The notes: generated by a model from the sequence alone, not told the origin. A stretch of DNA of 64,000 nucleotides from Candidatus Nanoarchaeia archaeon (GCA_030700155.1 JAUYJU010000027.1:5954-69953); one strand, 5' to 3'; shown: positions 10,036 through 20,136, numbered from the stretch's first letter. Translations and numbers: made by a program.

Positions 10036-10161
10036 TTATCTTCTTCTCTTTCTTCTAGTTTTCTTAGCTGCTGTCTTTCTCTTCTTGGAAGTTGAAGCCT
10101 TTCTTCTCCTTCTCTTAGTAGTTGTCTTCTTAGCAGCGGATTTTCTTCTTCTTTTAGCCAT
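10036..10161 (-). CDS. 41-aa protamine/histone-H1-like basic protein
   Basis: MAKRRRKSAAKKTTTKRRRRKASTSKKRKTAAKKTRRKRRR; GGGGTGA SD; not in the ORF track. Confidence 0.8.
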   Translation of the reverse strand: MAKRRRKSAAKKTTTKRRRRKASTSKKRKTAAKKTRRKRRR

Positions 10162-10304
10162 TTTTCTTTTCACCCCGCCTAGGTTGTTTGAGTTTTAGTA
10201 CGTAAGTACTGTATTTGTGATGTGTCAACATATAGTTTTTTACACTATTATGACACTATATACTAGTATTTTTTATTTAAAAAGGTTTCTATTTTCAATT
10301 TTAG

Positions 10305-11093
10305 TTAAGTTTTCAGAAAAGTTTTTTGAAAGTTCATAAAAATATTTTTTTCAACTTCATCTTCAGTTAATTTTTTTATTTTTGCAATTGTTTTCAATGA
10401 ATTTCTTACAAAACTTGGTTCACTTCTATCTTCACCAGTGGGTGGAGCATAAGGTGAATCAGTTTCAGTAAATAACTGATTTAAACTAACTCTTTCAACG
10501 ATTAATTGAAATTGTTGAGATCTATCAACAACTGCAGGTATTGAAAAAAACCAACCATTATCTTCAATTCTCTTCACTAATTTTTGGTTTCCACTGAAAA
10601 AATGCATCACAATCTTCTTCAGTTTAGTAGTCTCAAGCAGATCAACAACATCTTTCTCAGCACCTCTAGAATGAACAATGATTGGAATTTTCAGTTTTTC
10701 AGCAAGTTGAGCAAATTTCATAAGATTTTCAGCTTGCTCTTTATTTTTATCTTTAACAAATTTGTAATCTATTCCAACTTCACCAATAGCTACAATATCT
10801 TTTTTATTCTTTTTAATAAACTCAATTTCATCGTCCAAATCTACTTTCTCTAATTCCCTGGTTATTCCAATAGCATCAGGATCTTGAATATTTAAGCCAT
10901 CTAAAGGATAAACCCCTAATGCTGCTTTTACGACATCAGGATATTTTTTAGCTAATTCTAAACAACTTCTATTTGTTGCAGGATTTAAACCATTATTAAC
11001 TACAACTACTTTATTTTTTCTGCATCTTTCTATGACTTTATCTAGATCAGGAAATCTTGGGTGGTTTAGATGAGCATGTACATCTACTAACAT
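10305..11093 (-). CDS. TatD-family hydrolase
   Basis: DVHAHL, AIGEVGID, VHSR, ETDSPY. Confidence 0.95.
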   Translation of the reverse strand: MLVDVHAHLNHPRFPDLDKVIERCRKNKVVVVNNGLNPATNRSCLELAKKYPDVVKAALGVYPLDGLNIQDPDAIGITRELEKVDLDDEIEFIKKNKKDIVAIGEVGIDYKFVKDKNKEQAENLMKFAQLAEKLKIPIIVHSRGAEKDVVDLLETTKLKKIVMHFFSGNQKLVKRIEDNGWFFSIPAVVDRSQQFQLIVERVSLNQLFTETDSPYAPPTGEDRSEPSFVRNSLKTIAKIKKLTEDEVEKNIFMNFQKTFLKT

Positions 11094-11094
11094 T

Positions 11095-12309
11095 TTACAC
11101 CAACATACTTATTAAAAATAAAAATGGTTTAGCTAAGAAGATTAATAATTTTATTATAAAAGGTAATAAGTTAATCATAATAAACATAAATCCTAAGAAG
11201 CTTACTACACCCCACAATCTATGAGCTTTTGTTTGATTATTTCTGCATAAAGTCAAAGCAAGTAAATAGAACATCTTTCCACCATCTAATGGACCAAGTG
11301 GCAATAAATTAAATAAACCAATACCTACATTTATTATAAATAACCAAAATGATAACATAGTAATCCATAAAACAAATTTAGGAATAAAAATACCATATTC
11401 TGCTTCAGCAGCTTCTTTTATTTTGGTGTTTATCTCAAAATCACTTACGCCCATATAACCTCTTGATTTATTTTTTTCATTTTCAACCAAGATTAAAGTA
11501 AAATCACCTTTATCCGTAATTAATTTAGTTTCGTCTCCAGGTTTTAATTCTGCAGTTGCTTTCAAAAAATCACTTGAATTTATTGTTTTGTATCCATTAA
11601 CTTCTTTCAATATTAAAGGTGCCTCCAAGCCCATAATGTCAGCAGGACTTCCATCGACAATTTGTTTTATTTTTATTCCATCAGCTTCATAAAATTTATC
11701 CATTAAAGGATTAAATGCAAAATTCAATAACAATAAGAAAACTACGCCCATAACTAAATTAGAAAAAGCACCAGCAGATAATACTGCTAATTGCTGCATC
11801 TTTTTTTTCTTAAACATCTGTTTTTCATCAGGCTCAACAAAAGCCCCTAAAATTGGTCCAAACAAGACAAATCCTGAGCTTTTTACTTTTATCCCATATA
11901 ACCTAGCAAATATCCCATGCGAAAACTCATGTACTGCAGCTACAAGAAAGATTCCTATAACCCAGTGCCAAAAAGAAAGCGCAGGCAATCCCGGAACATT
12001 TATTCCAGGTAAGACTGGTGCTACAGCAGGCATAGAATCAGGAACAAACAAAAGGTTAAAAGTTCCTTTCAATAACCACCAAAAAATAAAACCCATACCA
12101 GCAAATCCGAATATTACGCTAATAACACCCAAAAATTTCCAAACAGGAGGAAGAATCTTAGCCAATCTATCCATGGCATTCAATCCAAGTTTAGTTCTAT
12201 AAAGCGCAATTATTTTTCCCTGAAATTGAAAATCTTTTTTGTTTCGAAGTATAAATAATAGAATTAAACCATAGAAGATTACTGCAAATATTAAATCATA
12301 GTTCACCAT
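11095..12309 (-). CDS. Site-2 protease (M50) with PDZ domain
   Basis: HEFSH and NLLPLGPLDGG motifs; start moved to MVNYD because L40e occupies the upstream region. Confidence 0.93.
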   Translation of the reverse strand: MVNYDLIFAVIFYGLILLFILRNKKDFQFQGKIIALYRTKLGLNAMDRLAKILPPVWKFLGVISVIFGFAGMGFIFWWLLKGTFNLLFVPDSMPAVAPVLPGINVPGLPALSFWHWVIGIFLVAAVHEFSHGIFARLYGIKVKSSGFVLFGPILGAFVEPDEKQMFKKKKMQQLAVLSAGAFSNLVMGVVFLLLLNFAFNPLMDKFYEADGIKIKQIVDGSPADIMGLEAPLILKEVNGYKTINSSDFLKATAELKPGDETKLITDKGDFTLILVENEKNKSRGYMGVSDFEINTKIKEAAEAEYGIFIPKFVLWITMLSFWLFIINVGIGLFNLLPLGPLDGGKMFYLLALTLCRNNQTKAHRLWGVVSFLGFMFIMINLLPFIIKLLIFLAKPFLFLISMLV

Positions 12310-12331
12310 CTTTTTTTTACCTAAATTAACT

Positions 12332-12499
12332 TTATGTCTTAGCCTTACGTACCGGTCTGAAAACTTTTGCTCCACAACCTCTGCAAATCAAGAGTTTTAG
12401 ATTTATTTTTCGAGCTGTACTCTTCATTTTTTTCTTGCATTTCCTACATACAAAAATATTTCTGTACATTCTCGCTGATGCTTCTGGAAATTTTACCAT
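12332..12499 (-). CDS. rpl40e: 50S ribosomal protein eL40
   Basis: Manually translated: MVKFPEASARMYRNIFVCRKC...CRGCG..FRPVRK; not in the ORF track. Confidence 0.85.
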   Translation of the reverse strand: MVKFPEASARMYRNIFVCRKCKKKMKSTARKINLKLLICRGCGAKVFRPVRKAKT

Positions 12500-12500
12500 T

Positions 12501-12890
12501 TTACTTTGTTTGTTTCATTATTCTTTCGTCAAGCATTATCCAATACATTATCTGCATTCCTTCTTTTACTTGACCTTTTAATTCTTCAGGAATCTCCAAA
12601 TCAAATGTCTCATAAGTCTTCATATCCATTACCGTAGCTTTATCTCCAGCAACCGAAACAACTTGAGCAGTTTCCTTTTCGATCATAGGAACATCAACAT
12701 TATCGTGGCTAGGGATGATCTTGATAGTTTTTTGACCGTCTTTAATAGACACGGCTTCTATCCTGCATTTAGTTCCGCCGTGTTTACCTGGTTTAGAAAT
12801 TTGTATTGATTTAACAATACAAGCTTTATCATCAAAAACTACATACTTTCCAGGCTTTAATGTACCTGCTTCTACTAGTGTGGTTGACAT
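12501..12890 (-). CDS. eif5a: Translation factor aIF5A
   Basis: SKPGKHG hypusine motif. Confidence 0.96.
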   Translation of the reverse strand: MSTTLVEAGTLKPGKYVVFDDKACIVKSIQISKPGKHGGTKCRIEAVSIKDGQKTIKIIPSHDNVDVPMIEKETAQVVSVAGDKATVMDMKTYETFDLEIPEELKGQVKEGMQIMYWIMLDERIMKQTK

Positions 12891-12928
12891 AGTATAAAGA
12901 AAATATAGACTCTTTATAAAGATTATGC

Positions 12929-13213
12929 TTATCTTTTTTTATTTCTTTTAACTGCTTTCTTTTGTTTTTCAGTTGCTTTTGAAATAGTAGTACTTCTAAT
13001 TAAATTATCCTGCACAACTCTTTCAAGATAATTTAATTTTACATTTATATTAAATAATTGCTTGGAGATATTAGCAATTGCAACCCACAACTGAGCATTA
13101 GCAGGATCTTTAGAATATCTAAAAGAACCACGGTACTTCATAGTTTCTCTTAATTGAGCTTCAAGGTGTGTTCTTAAAAACGGATCTATATTGTCTCTCC
13201 AATTTCGTTTCAT
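12929..13213 (-). CDS. Conserved hypothetical protein
   Basis: 94 aa; DPANAQLWVAIA. Confidence 0.6.
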   Translation of the reverse strand: MKRNWRDNIDPFLRTHLEAQLRETMKYRGSFRYSKDPANAQLWVAIANISKQLFNINVKLNYLERVVQDNLIRSTTISKATEKQKKAVKRNKKR

Positions 13214-13317
13214 ATATTAAATGGGAGATAAAGATTTTATAATGATTTCTATTTTAAAGTAGTTACATAAATAGTAGTAGGCAAACTTTTAAATAGGCTT
13301 TAGCTTCAAATCAAACC

Positions 13318-13980
13318 ATGGCAATAAAAAAAGGAGACTTCATTGAAGTGGATTACATAGGTAAACTTCTTGATTCAAATGAAATATTTGATTTAACTAA
13401 AGAAGAAGACGCTAAAAAAAATAAAGTGCACAATCCAAGAGCAAAATATGGTTCTAAGAAAGTTTGTGTTGGAGAAGGACAGTTAGTCAATGGTTTGGAT
13501 GAAGCTTTTATTGGAAAGGATTTAGATAAAATTTACAATATAGAATTAACTCCTGAAAAAGCTTTTGGGAAAAAAGATGCAAAGCTTATGAAGATAGTTC
13601 CAACAAATATTTTTACTAAACAGAATATAAGACCTATGCCAGGATTACAAGTTAATATCGATAATTCAATTGGAACTATAAAAACCGTTTCGGGTGGAAG
13701 GACAATTGTAGATTTTAATCATCCCCTAGCAGGAAGAGATGTAAAATATGAATTCAAAATAACAAAAATAATTAAAGATGATAAAGAAAAAATTGAAACT
13801 TTGATTAATCCGATAACCAACATGTTGAATATAACTCCTGAAATAGAGGTTAAAGAAGGCAATGCAAAAATAAAAACTCATATGAAAGACCTTTTTGAAA
13901 AAACCTTCAAAGAAAAAATTACAAAACTTATACCTTCTGTTAAAAAAGTAGCTTTTGAGGAAATATCTGCTAAAGTATAA
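13318..13980 (+). CDS. Long-type FKBP peptidyl-prolyl isomerase
   Basis: PEKAFG and VDFNHPLAG motifs. Confidence 0.95.
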   Translation: MAIKKGDFIEVDYIGKLLDSNEIFDLTKEEDAKKNKVHNPRAKYGSKKVCVGEGQLVNGLDEAFIGKDLDKIYNIELTPEKAFGKKDAKLMKIVPTNIFTKQNIRPMPGLQVNIDNSIGTIKTVSGGRTIVDFNHPLAGRDVKYEFKITKIIKDDKEKIETLINPITNMLNITPEIEVKEGNAKIKTHMKDLFEKTFKEKITKLIPSVKKVAFEEISAKV

Positions 13981-14032
13981 TTAAGTTTAAATACCTAGGT
14001 TGCTATCTTTCTACCATTCAAAAGAGGTCACA

Positions 14033-15142
14033 ATGGATTCTATTATACAACAAGCAATTGACAGAAGAGCACAAGAAGCTCCTAAAAGAGATTACAATCC
14101 TATTGATGATGAATTAGAGCAGTTACTTTCTAAACAAACAGCTAGAATCAAAGTAGTTGGGGCAGGTGGAGCAGGCAATAACACTATTGATAGGATAGCT
14201 GAAGTAGGCGTAATTGGTTGTGAAACCGTAGCTGTTAACACAGATGCTCAAGATTTACTATACACTAAAGCCGATGTTAAAATTTTAATAGGAAAAGAAT
14301 CAACTCGTGGATTGGGTGCAGGTTCAATTCCTCAAGTAGGAGAGGAAGCTGCCCGTGAAACAGAACACGAAATCAAAAGTAAACTTGCAGGGGCAGATAT
14401 GGTTTTCATCACTTGCGGTTTAGGCGGGGGTACAGGAACAGGTTCAGCACCAGTTATAGCTGAAGCAGCAAAGAAAAATGGTTCTTTAGTTGTAGGTATT
14501 GTTACAATTCCATTTAGCATGGAAGGTAAAAGAAGATTTGAAAACGCTATGATTGGTTTAGAAAAATTAGAAAACATTGTTGATACTTTAATAGTAATTC
14601 CAAATGATAAATTATTAGAATTAGCACCAGATTTACCATTACATACTGCATTCAAAGTTGCAGATGAAATTTTAACAAACGCAGTAAAGGGTATCGCAGA
14701 ATTAGTAACTAAATCTGGACTAGTTAACAGAGATTTCGCAGACGTAAGAACAGTAATGGGTAAAGGTGGGGTTGCTATGATTGGAGTTGGAGAAGCTGAC
14801 TCTGAAAACAGAGCAGTTGAAGCTGTTCAAAAAGCTATTCACAATCCATTATTAGATGTGGACATATCAGGAGCTAATGGGGCATTGGTAAATATTTCCG
14901 GTGGTTCTGACATGACTTTAGACGAAGCTAAGAAAGTAGTAGAAACAATTTCTGAAAAGTTAGACGAAGACGCAAGATTATTATGGGGAGCACAAATCTC
15001 AGAAGACTTAGGCAACACTATGAGGGTAATGCTTATAGTAACTGGAGTTTCAAGTCCTCAAATCTTCGGACCTAAACGTAAGATGGCTCAAAAAGCTACA
15101 CAAGAAATAGAACAGGAATTAGGAATAGAATTTATACGCTAA
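14033..15142 (+). CDS. ftsZ: Cell division protein FtsZ
   Basis: GAGGAGNN, NTDAQDL, GGGTGTG; GAGGT SD before MDSII. Confidence 0.98.
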   Translation: MDSIIQQAIDRRAQEAPKRDYNPIDDELEQLLSKQTARIKVVGAGGAGNNTIDRIAEVGVIGCETVAVNTDAQDLLYTKADVKILIGKESTRGLGAGSIPQVGEEAARETEHEIKSKLAGADMVFITCGLGGGTGTGSAPVIAEAAKKNGSLVVGIVTIPFSMEGKRRFENAMIGLEKLENIVDTLIVIPNDKLLELAPDLPLHTAFKVADEILTNAVKGIAELVTKSGLVNRDFADVRTVMGKGGVAMIGVGEADSENRAVEAVQKAIHNPLLDVDISGANGALVNISGGSDMTLDEAKKVVETISEKLDEDARLLWGAQISEDLGNTMRVMLIVTGVSSPQIFGPKRKMAQKATQEIEQELGIEFIR

Positions 15143-15443
15143 CTTCAAATTTCTTTGGTTCACCTTTAACATAAACTGCCCTAACCGTTGAAGACATAAG
15201 TTCTCCAAATCTATTATGTGCTTTAGTTACTAAAACTTCTCTGTAACCTACTGTATTATTATAATAGTTATGTAGTTCTTCATCTGTAGATAAAGCTAAC
15301 CTCATTCCAGGATCAATCCTGCTTACTAAATGGTAATTAGAAACACGGGACCAACCCTCACTTTCAAGTTTAAGTTCAAAATCAGACTTTTTAGAAGGTC
15401 TTTTTTTTTCCATATCTAGAAACATTTGTGCAAACGGATTCAT
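15132..15443 (-). CDS. Hypothetical protein inserted between ftsZ and secE
   Basis: 103-aa ORF with GGTGA SD. Confidence 0.55.
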   Translation of the reverse strand: MNPFAQMFLDMEKKRPSKKSDFELKLESEGWSRVSNYHLVSRIDPGMRLALSTDEELHNYYNNTVGYREVLVTKAHNRFGELMSSTVRAVYVKGEPKKFEVSV

Positions 15444-15564
15444 ACTATCACCATATTACTTCTATATTTTCAATCTATTTAAACATTATTAAGTTCTAAC
15501 ACCTATTTTAAGCCAAAAAAAGCCTAAGAGAAACCTTTTTAAAGCCATTTTCTACTGAAAACCT

Positions 15565-15735
15565 ATGTTTACTAAATTAAAAAGCTTTATTAGCAAGTGC
15601 ACTAGAGTATTCAAGATTACTAAGAAGCCTAGCGGTAGCGAGTTCAAAGCTATAGTCAAGGTTTCTGGTCTAGGCATCCTTATTATAGGACTAATAGGTT
15701 TTATTATCCACATTGCGTGGCAATTAATGATATAA
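15565..15735 (+). CDS. secE: SecE/Sec61-gamma
   Basis: Manually translated: MFTKLKSFISKCTRVFKITKKPSGSEF...GILIIGLIGFII; directly upstream of spt5. Confidence 0.93.
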   Translation: MFTKLKSFISKCTRVFKITKKPSGSEFKAIVKVSGLGILIIGLIGFIIHIAWQLMI

Positions 15736-15736
15736 A

Positions 15737-16204
15737 ATGGCAATATTCGCACTAAGAACAACGGCAAACAGGGAAGATCAAGTAATAGATTTTATACAAT
15801 CTAATGCTCAAAAGAAAGGTCTTCAAGTTTACTCCTTAATAAGAGCTCACGGCATGAGGGGTTACATTTTTATAGAAGCAGAAAGCAAGCAAATTGCTGA
15901 AGATGCATATCATGGAGTACCATACGCTCGCGGATTGCTTCCAGCACCGGTAGATTATAAAGAAATTGAACACATGCTTGAACAGGTTAAGGTTCAGGTT
16001 AATATTCAAAAGAATGATATTGTTGAAATTATTTCAGGTCCATTCAAGAGAGAAAAAGCAAAGGTTACAAGAATAGACCAAACAAAAGAAGAAGTGGTTG
16101 TAGAATTACTTGAAGCAGCGGTTCCAATCCCAATCACTGTAAAATTGGATTCTGTTAAAGTGATTAGAAGAGATACTGGCGAGGGAACAGAAACAAATGA
16201 GTAA
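15737..16204 (+). CDS. spt5: Transcription elongation factor Spt5
   Basis: GYIFIEA and KOW motif IVEIISGPFK. Confidence 0.96.
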   Translation: MAIFALRTTANREDQVIDFIQSNAQKKGLQVYSLIRAHGMRGYIFIEAESKQIAEDAYHGVPYARGLLPAPVDYKEIEHMLEQVKVQVNIQKNDIVEIISGPFKREKAKVTRIDQTKEEVVVELLEAAVPIPITVKLDSVKVIRRDTGEGTETNE

Positions 16205-16949
16205 AAAAGAAAAAATTGAAATGATGGTTGAAGGTGGAAAAGCAACACCAGGTCCAGAGATGGGACAAAAATTAGGACCACTTAAGATTCCCATTCCTAA
16301 TATTTTAAAAGATATTAATGCAAAAACTGAAGCTTTCAAAGGTGTGAAGGTTCCAGTTAAATTAATTATTGATACTGAAACAAAAGAGTACACTATTGAG
16401 GTTGGTACACCTCCTGTTTCTGAACTCATTAAAAAAGAACTTAGTTTAGAAAAAGGTTCAAGTACGGCAAACAAAATGAAGATTGCTAACATAGGTATTG
16501 AAACTTTAATAAAAATTTCAAAGATGAAAATGGATTCAATGTACACTGATAAAATAAAATCAGCAGTAAAAACTGTTGCAGGGTCTTGCAACTCAATGGG
16601 AATTTTAGTAGAAGGTAAACTTTCGTCAGAGTTCAACAAAGATTTAGAATCTGGTAAATATAATAAAGAATTACAAGAACAAAAAACAGAAATCTCTCCT
16701 GAAAAAGCAGCTATATTAAAAGAACAATTAACAGCTGCCCAGGAAGAATTAAGAAAGCAAGCTGAAAAATTAGCAGCTGAAGAAGCAGCTAAAGCAGCTG
16801 CAGCTGCACCAGTTAAAGTTGAAGGTGCAGAAGGTGAAGCAGCACCTGCAGCAGCAGAAGGAGAAAAGAAACCTGATGAAAAAGCAGCTGCAAAAGAAAA
16901 AGTAGCTGCAAAACCAGAAGCTAAGAAAGAAGAAAAACCTAAAAAATAA
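16197..16949 (+). CDS. rpl11: 50S ribosomal protein uL11 with long A/E/K-rich tail
   Basis: GGKATPGP, GVKVPV, GTPPVSELI. Confidence 0.93.
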   Translation: MSKKEKIEMMVEGGKATPGPEMGQKLGPLKIPIPNILKDINAKTEAFKGVKVPVKLIIDTETKEYTIEVGTPPVSELIKKELSLEKGSSTANKMKIANIGIETLIKISKMKMDSMYTDKIKSAVKTVAGSCNSMGILVEGKLSSEFNKDLESGKYNKELQEQKTEISPEKAAILKEQLTAAQEELRKQAEKLAAEEAAKAAAAAPVKVEGAEGEAAPAAAEGEKKPDEKAAAKEKVAAKPEAKKEEKPKK

Positions 16950-16993
16950 CCCGAAAACTTTATAATCACACACTCCAGCCTTTAAAGAACTAA

Positions 16994-17068
16994 GGGGCTG
17001 TGGTGTAGCTTGGACTAGCATTTAAGGTTTGGGACCTTACGACCCCAGTTCAAATCTGGGCAGCCCCA
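16994..17068 (+). tRNA. tRNA-Pro(TGG)
   Basis: GGGGCTG/CAGCCCC acceptor; TAAGG-TTTGGGA-CCTTA anticodon arm; GTTCAAATC. Confidence 0.96.
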
Positions 17069-17080
17069 TACAACAAAACA

Positions 17081-17293
17081 ATGGCAATTAAAAAGAAAGG
17101 ATCCGGAAGAAGATTTGGAGCAAGATATGGTAAGAAACTTCGTGATAAAGTTTCTGAGATAGAAAAAAAATATAAAAACAGAAGATTAACTTGTCCTTAT
17201 TGTACTAAACAACAAGTGAAGAGATTATCTTCAGGTATTTGGAATTGCAAGGCTTGTGAAACAAAATTCACAGGTAAAGCTTACGAGATATAA
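17081..17293 (+). CDS. rpl37ae: 50S ribosomal protein eL43 (L37ae)
   Basis: RFGARYG, CPYC, GIWNC..C..KFTGKAY. Confidence 0.96.
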   Translation: MAIKKKGSGRRFGARYGKKLRDKVSEIEKKYKNRRLTCPYCTKQQVKRLSSGIWNCKACETKFTGKAYEI

Positions 17294-17294
17294 A

Positions 17295-17432
17295 ATGACT
17301 CAATACAAATGTTTCGATTGTGGGAAAAAAATAAAAGATGAATATATCAAAAAGAGAGTAAGGTGCCCTTATTGTGGTTCTAAGATTTTGTTCAAACCAA
17401 GAACAGTATCTACTAAGGTTAAAGCAAGATGA
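17295..17432 (+). CDS. rpoP: RNA polymerase subunit Rpo12 (RpoP)
   Basis: Manually translated: MTQYKCFDCG...RCPYCGSKILFKPR; usual L37ae-rpoP-prefoldin order. Confidence 0.93.
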   Translation: MTQYKCFDCGKKIKDEYIKKRVRCPYCGSKILFKPRTVSTKVKAR

Positions 17433-17767
17433 CTCAAAAAATAAATAGAGAAACAGAACAAAATATTGCTCAACTACAATTAATGGAGCAAAACATTACA
17501 CAGTTAATGATGCAACGCCAGGCATTTCAAGGCCAATTACTTGAGATAGAAAATGCTATTAAAGAAATAGGACAAGCATCCGGTCAATCTTACAAGATTA
17601 TTGGTAATGTCATGGTTGCCTCTTCAAAAGAAGATCTAAAAAAGGATTTAGAAGAAAAGAAAGAAATGTTTGAATTAAGGATAAAAAATTATGAAAAGCA
17701 GGAAAAAACAATAAAAGAAAAGGCAGAGGAATTACAAGCGTCTGTTCTTAAGGAATTAAAGAAATGA
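17429..17767 (+). CDS. pfdB: Prefoldin beta subunit
   Basis: Coiled coil flanking the YKIIGNVMV hairpin. Confidence 0.92.
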   Translation: MTQKINRETEQNIAQLQLMEQNITQLMMQRQAFQGQLLEIENAIKEIGQASGQSYKIIGNVMVASSKEDLKKDLEEKKEMFELRIKNYEKQEKTIKEKAEELQASVLKELKK

Positions 17768-17776
17768 GGTGTTTAC

Positions 17777-18016
17777 ATGGAAGACATAATATCAAACTTA
17801 AAGATAATAGAAGAAGATAATACGGTCCCTAGGAACGTTCGTTCTAAAATAAAATCAGCAATTTTAGCGCTAGAAGAACCTAATGGAAAAGAACCTAAGG
17901 TAAAAATCGATAAAGCCCTACAAGAGCTGGATGACTTATCAGATGATCCTAACTTACCTAGCTACACCAGAACTCAAATATGGAATGTGGTAAGCACACT
18001 GGAGAGTATAGCATAG
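17777..18016 (+). CDS. UPF0147 family protein
   Basis: DNTVPRNVR and DPNLPSYTRTQIW. Confidence 0.9.
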   Translation: MEDIISNLKIIEEDNTVPRNVRSKIKSAILALEEPNGKEPKVKIDKALQELDDLSDDPNLPSYTRTQIWNVVSTLESIA

Positions 18017-18074
18017 AAAGCAGAAATATTTATATAGGAATACCATTGTATAATAATAAAAAACGGAGGCTTAA

Positions 18075-18473
18075 ATGGCATTTTTATCGCGTCTAAAAGA
18101 CAGATTGGGTTTCGGAAGTTCTAGAGACTACTACGAAGAAGATTATAGCCCTACAGAAGAATATATTGAAATTGATACCGGAAAAGACTCCAAAAAATCA
18201 AAGATAATGATTAAGCCATTTGTAATTGAAGATTTCTCAGATGTTAAAGATACTTTAGATGCATTAAGAGAGGGTTATACCATAGCCTTAATTAATATTA
18301 AACCTTTAAAAGATAAGGATATCATTGAACTAAAAAGAGCAATTAACAAAATTAAGAAAACTTGTGATGCTATAGAGGGTGACATAGCTGGTTTTGGAGA
18401 AGACTGGATTGTTGTTACGCCTTCATTCGCTCAGGTTTACAGGAATACTCAGACAGAAGAGTTGAAAGAGTAA
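18075..18473 (+). CDS. sepF: Cell division protein SepF
   Basis: GYTIALINI...GDIAGFGEDWIVVTP. Confidence 0.88.
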   Translation: MAFLSRLKDRLGFGSSRDYYEEDYSPTEEYIEIDTGKDSKKSKIMIKPFVIEDFSDVKDTLDALREGYTIALINIKPLKDKDIIELKRAINKIKKTCDAIEGDIAGFGEDWIVVTPSFAQVYRNTQTEELKE

Positions 18474-18504
18474 GCTTTTTAAATTCTTTTCCTATTGATT
18501 AGTT

Positions 18505-19032
18505 ATGGATAAATTAGAAAAACAAAAATGTCCTTTCTGTTTTAAAGATTCATTAACTTTAATTGAAGATGAAACTGAAGTTCCTTACTTCGGTAAGTTA
18601 TTCGTATTCTCCATGGAATGTTCAAGTTGTAAGGCTAAACAAGCAGATGTAGAATCAGCAGAACAAAAAGAGCCATCTAAATACACTTTTACAGTAGAAT
18701 CAGAAAAAGATATGGAAATTAGAGTTGTAAAATCTTCCGCAGCAACAATAAAGATTCCTCAATTAAGAATGTCGTCTACTCCAGGGCCTGCATCAGAAGG
18801 TTATGTTTCAAATATTGAAGGTTTATTAGACAGATTTGTTGAAGTAATTGAACGTGAAAAAGAAACAACAGACGATGATACAGAAAGAAAACATGCAAAA
18901 AATCTTTTAAAGAAAATAAGAAAGATTAAGTATGGCGATATTCCATTAAAAATAATTATAGAAGATCCAACTGGAAATTCTGCAATAATCTCAGAAAAAG
19001 CAAATATAGAAAAATTAAAGGTTAAAAAATGA
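18505..19032 (+). CDS. ZPR1-type zinc finger protein
   Basis: CPFC, VPYFG, C..C, SNIEG, EDPTGNS. Confidence 0.92.
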   Translation: MDKLEKQKCPFCFKDSLTLIEDETEVPYFGKLFVFSMECSSCKAKQADVESAEQKEPSKYTFTVESEKDMEIRVVKSSAATIKIPQLRMSSTPGPASEGYVSNIEGLLDRFVEVIEREKETTDDDTERKHAKNLLKKIRKIKYGDIPLKIIIEDPTGNSAIISEKANIEKLKVKK

Positions 19033-19520
19033 AACAAAAAGAAGCATTATTTATAGCAGGAATTATTCTATTAGTTTCTCTCATAGCCCCAGTAAACACT
19101 GGATTTGTTATAGCAGATTTAGAAAAACCTCAAGTTAATTATGATTCAAATAAGTTCCCAATAATAACTGAAGAACATATTACTTATGTCCTATACGCAC
19201 TAGATGCTGAAAGCTTAAAAAAAATTATATTCACTTCTAACTACCCTCAGATGGAGATACTAACAGCAAGAACTAAAACTTACTACACTATTTATGTAGT
19301 AGATAACGAAATACAAACTTACAAAGGTCAAGCTACAGATCCGGACGGACAAATAAGATTGAGTGAAGAATCAATCGCCACTATTATCAATTCTGAAGAT
19401 CCTAAAGCAAAGGCTAAAGAACTTGCAAATCAGGGGTTAATAGGCTATACGCTATATTCTGGTTACACCGAATTGTTTTTAAAGGGTTATTGGAGTTTAT
19501 ACGATACTCTGAAAGCCTAA
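19029..19520 (+). CDS. Secreted/membrane hypothetical protein
   Basis: N-terminal hydrophobic segment followed by NTGFVI. Confidence 0.6.
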   Translation: MKQKEALFIAGIILLVSLIAPVNTGFVIADLEKPQVNYDSNKFPIITEEHITYVLYALDAESLKKIIFTSNYPQMEILTARTKTYYTIYVVDNEIQTYKGQATDPDGQIRLSEESIATIINSEDPKAKAKELANQGLIGYTLYSGYTELFLKGYWSLYDTLKA

Positions 19521-19521
19521 A

Positions 19522-20136
19522 ATGAAACTACTATTCTTACCGGCAAAAGCAAAAGCAGATGTTAAAAACTTTGTAGATAACATCAAAGTAAAAGGAAAAA
19601 TAGGTTTAGTTGCAGCAGTGCAATATGTTCATTTACTTCCAGAAATACAAAAATACATTCCAAATTCAATTATTGCGGGACAAGTTCTTGGTTGTAATGC
19701 AGAAAAACCTTACAAAGTTAAAGATCAAGTTGATGCTTTTCTGTATGTGGGTTCAGGAAGATTCCATCCAATAGCCGTTGCAATGATTACAAAAAAACCA
19801 ACTTATACTATTTCTCCAATAACAAAAGAATTTTCAAAAATAGACGAAAAAGAAATTCAAGATTATCAAAAGAAAAAACAAGGTAAACAATTAATGTTTA
19901 TGTCTGCTAAAAAGGTTGGAATTATAGTTTCAGTAAAACCAATACAACAATTATACAAAAAAGCATTGGAACTAAAAGCTAAATTAAAAAAAGAAGCTTT
20001 TATTTTTGTAACCAATACTTTTAATATAGGTGAATTTGAAAACTTTAATGATATAGATTGTTGGATTAATACTGCGTGTCCAAGAATTGAAGGCAAAAAC
20101 ATTATAAACCTTGAAGATTTACCACCATTAGAATGA
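19522..20136 (+). CDS. Diphthamide synthesis Dph2-like protein (short form)
   Basis: GQVLGC, GSGRFH, NTACPRI. Confidence 0.88.
   Translation: MKLLFLPAKAKADVKNFVDNIKVKGKIGLVAAVQYVHLLPEIQKYIPNSIIAGQVLGCNAEKPYKVKDQVDAFLYVGSGRFHPIAVAMITKKPTYTISPITKEFSKIDEKEIQDYQKKKQGKQLMFMSAKKVGIIVSVKPIQQLYKKALELKAKLKKEAFIFVTNTFNIGEFENFNDIDCWINTACPRIEGKNIINLEDLPPLE

Noticed and set aside
16106-16969. 287-aa minus-strand ORF and similar antisense ORFs (14332, 15552, 19866, 47378, 55812, 62937)
   Set aside because: These are shadows of well-supported genes on the opposite strand.
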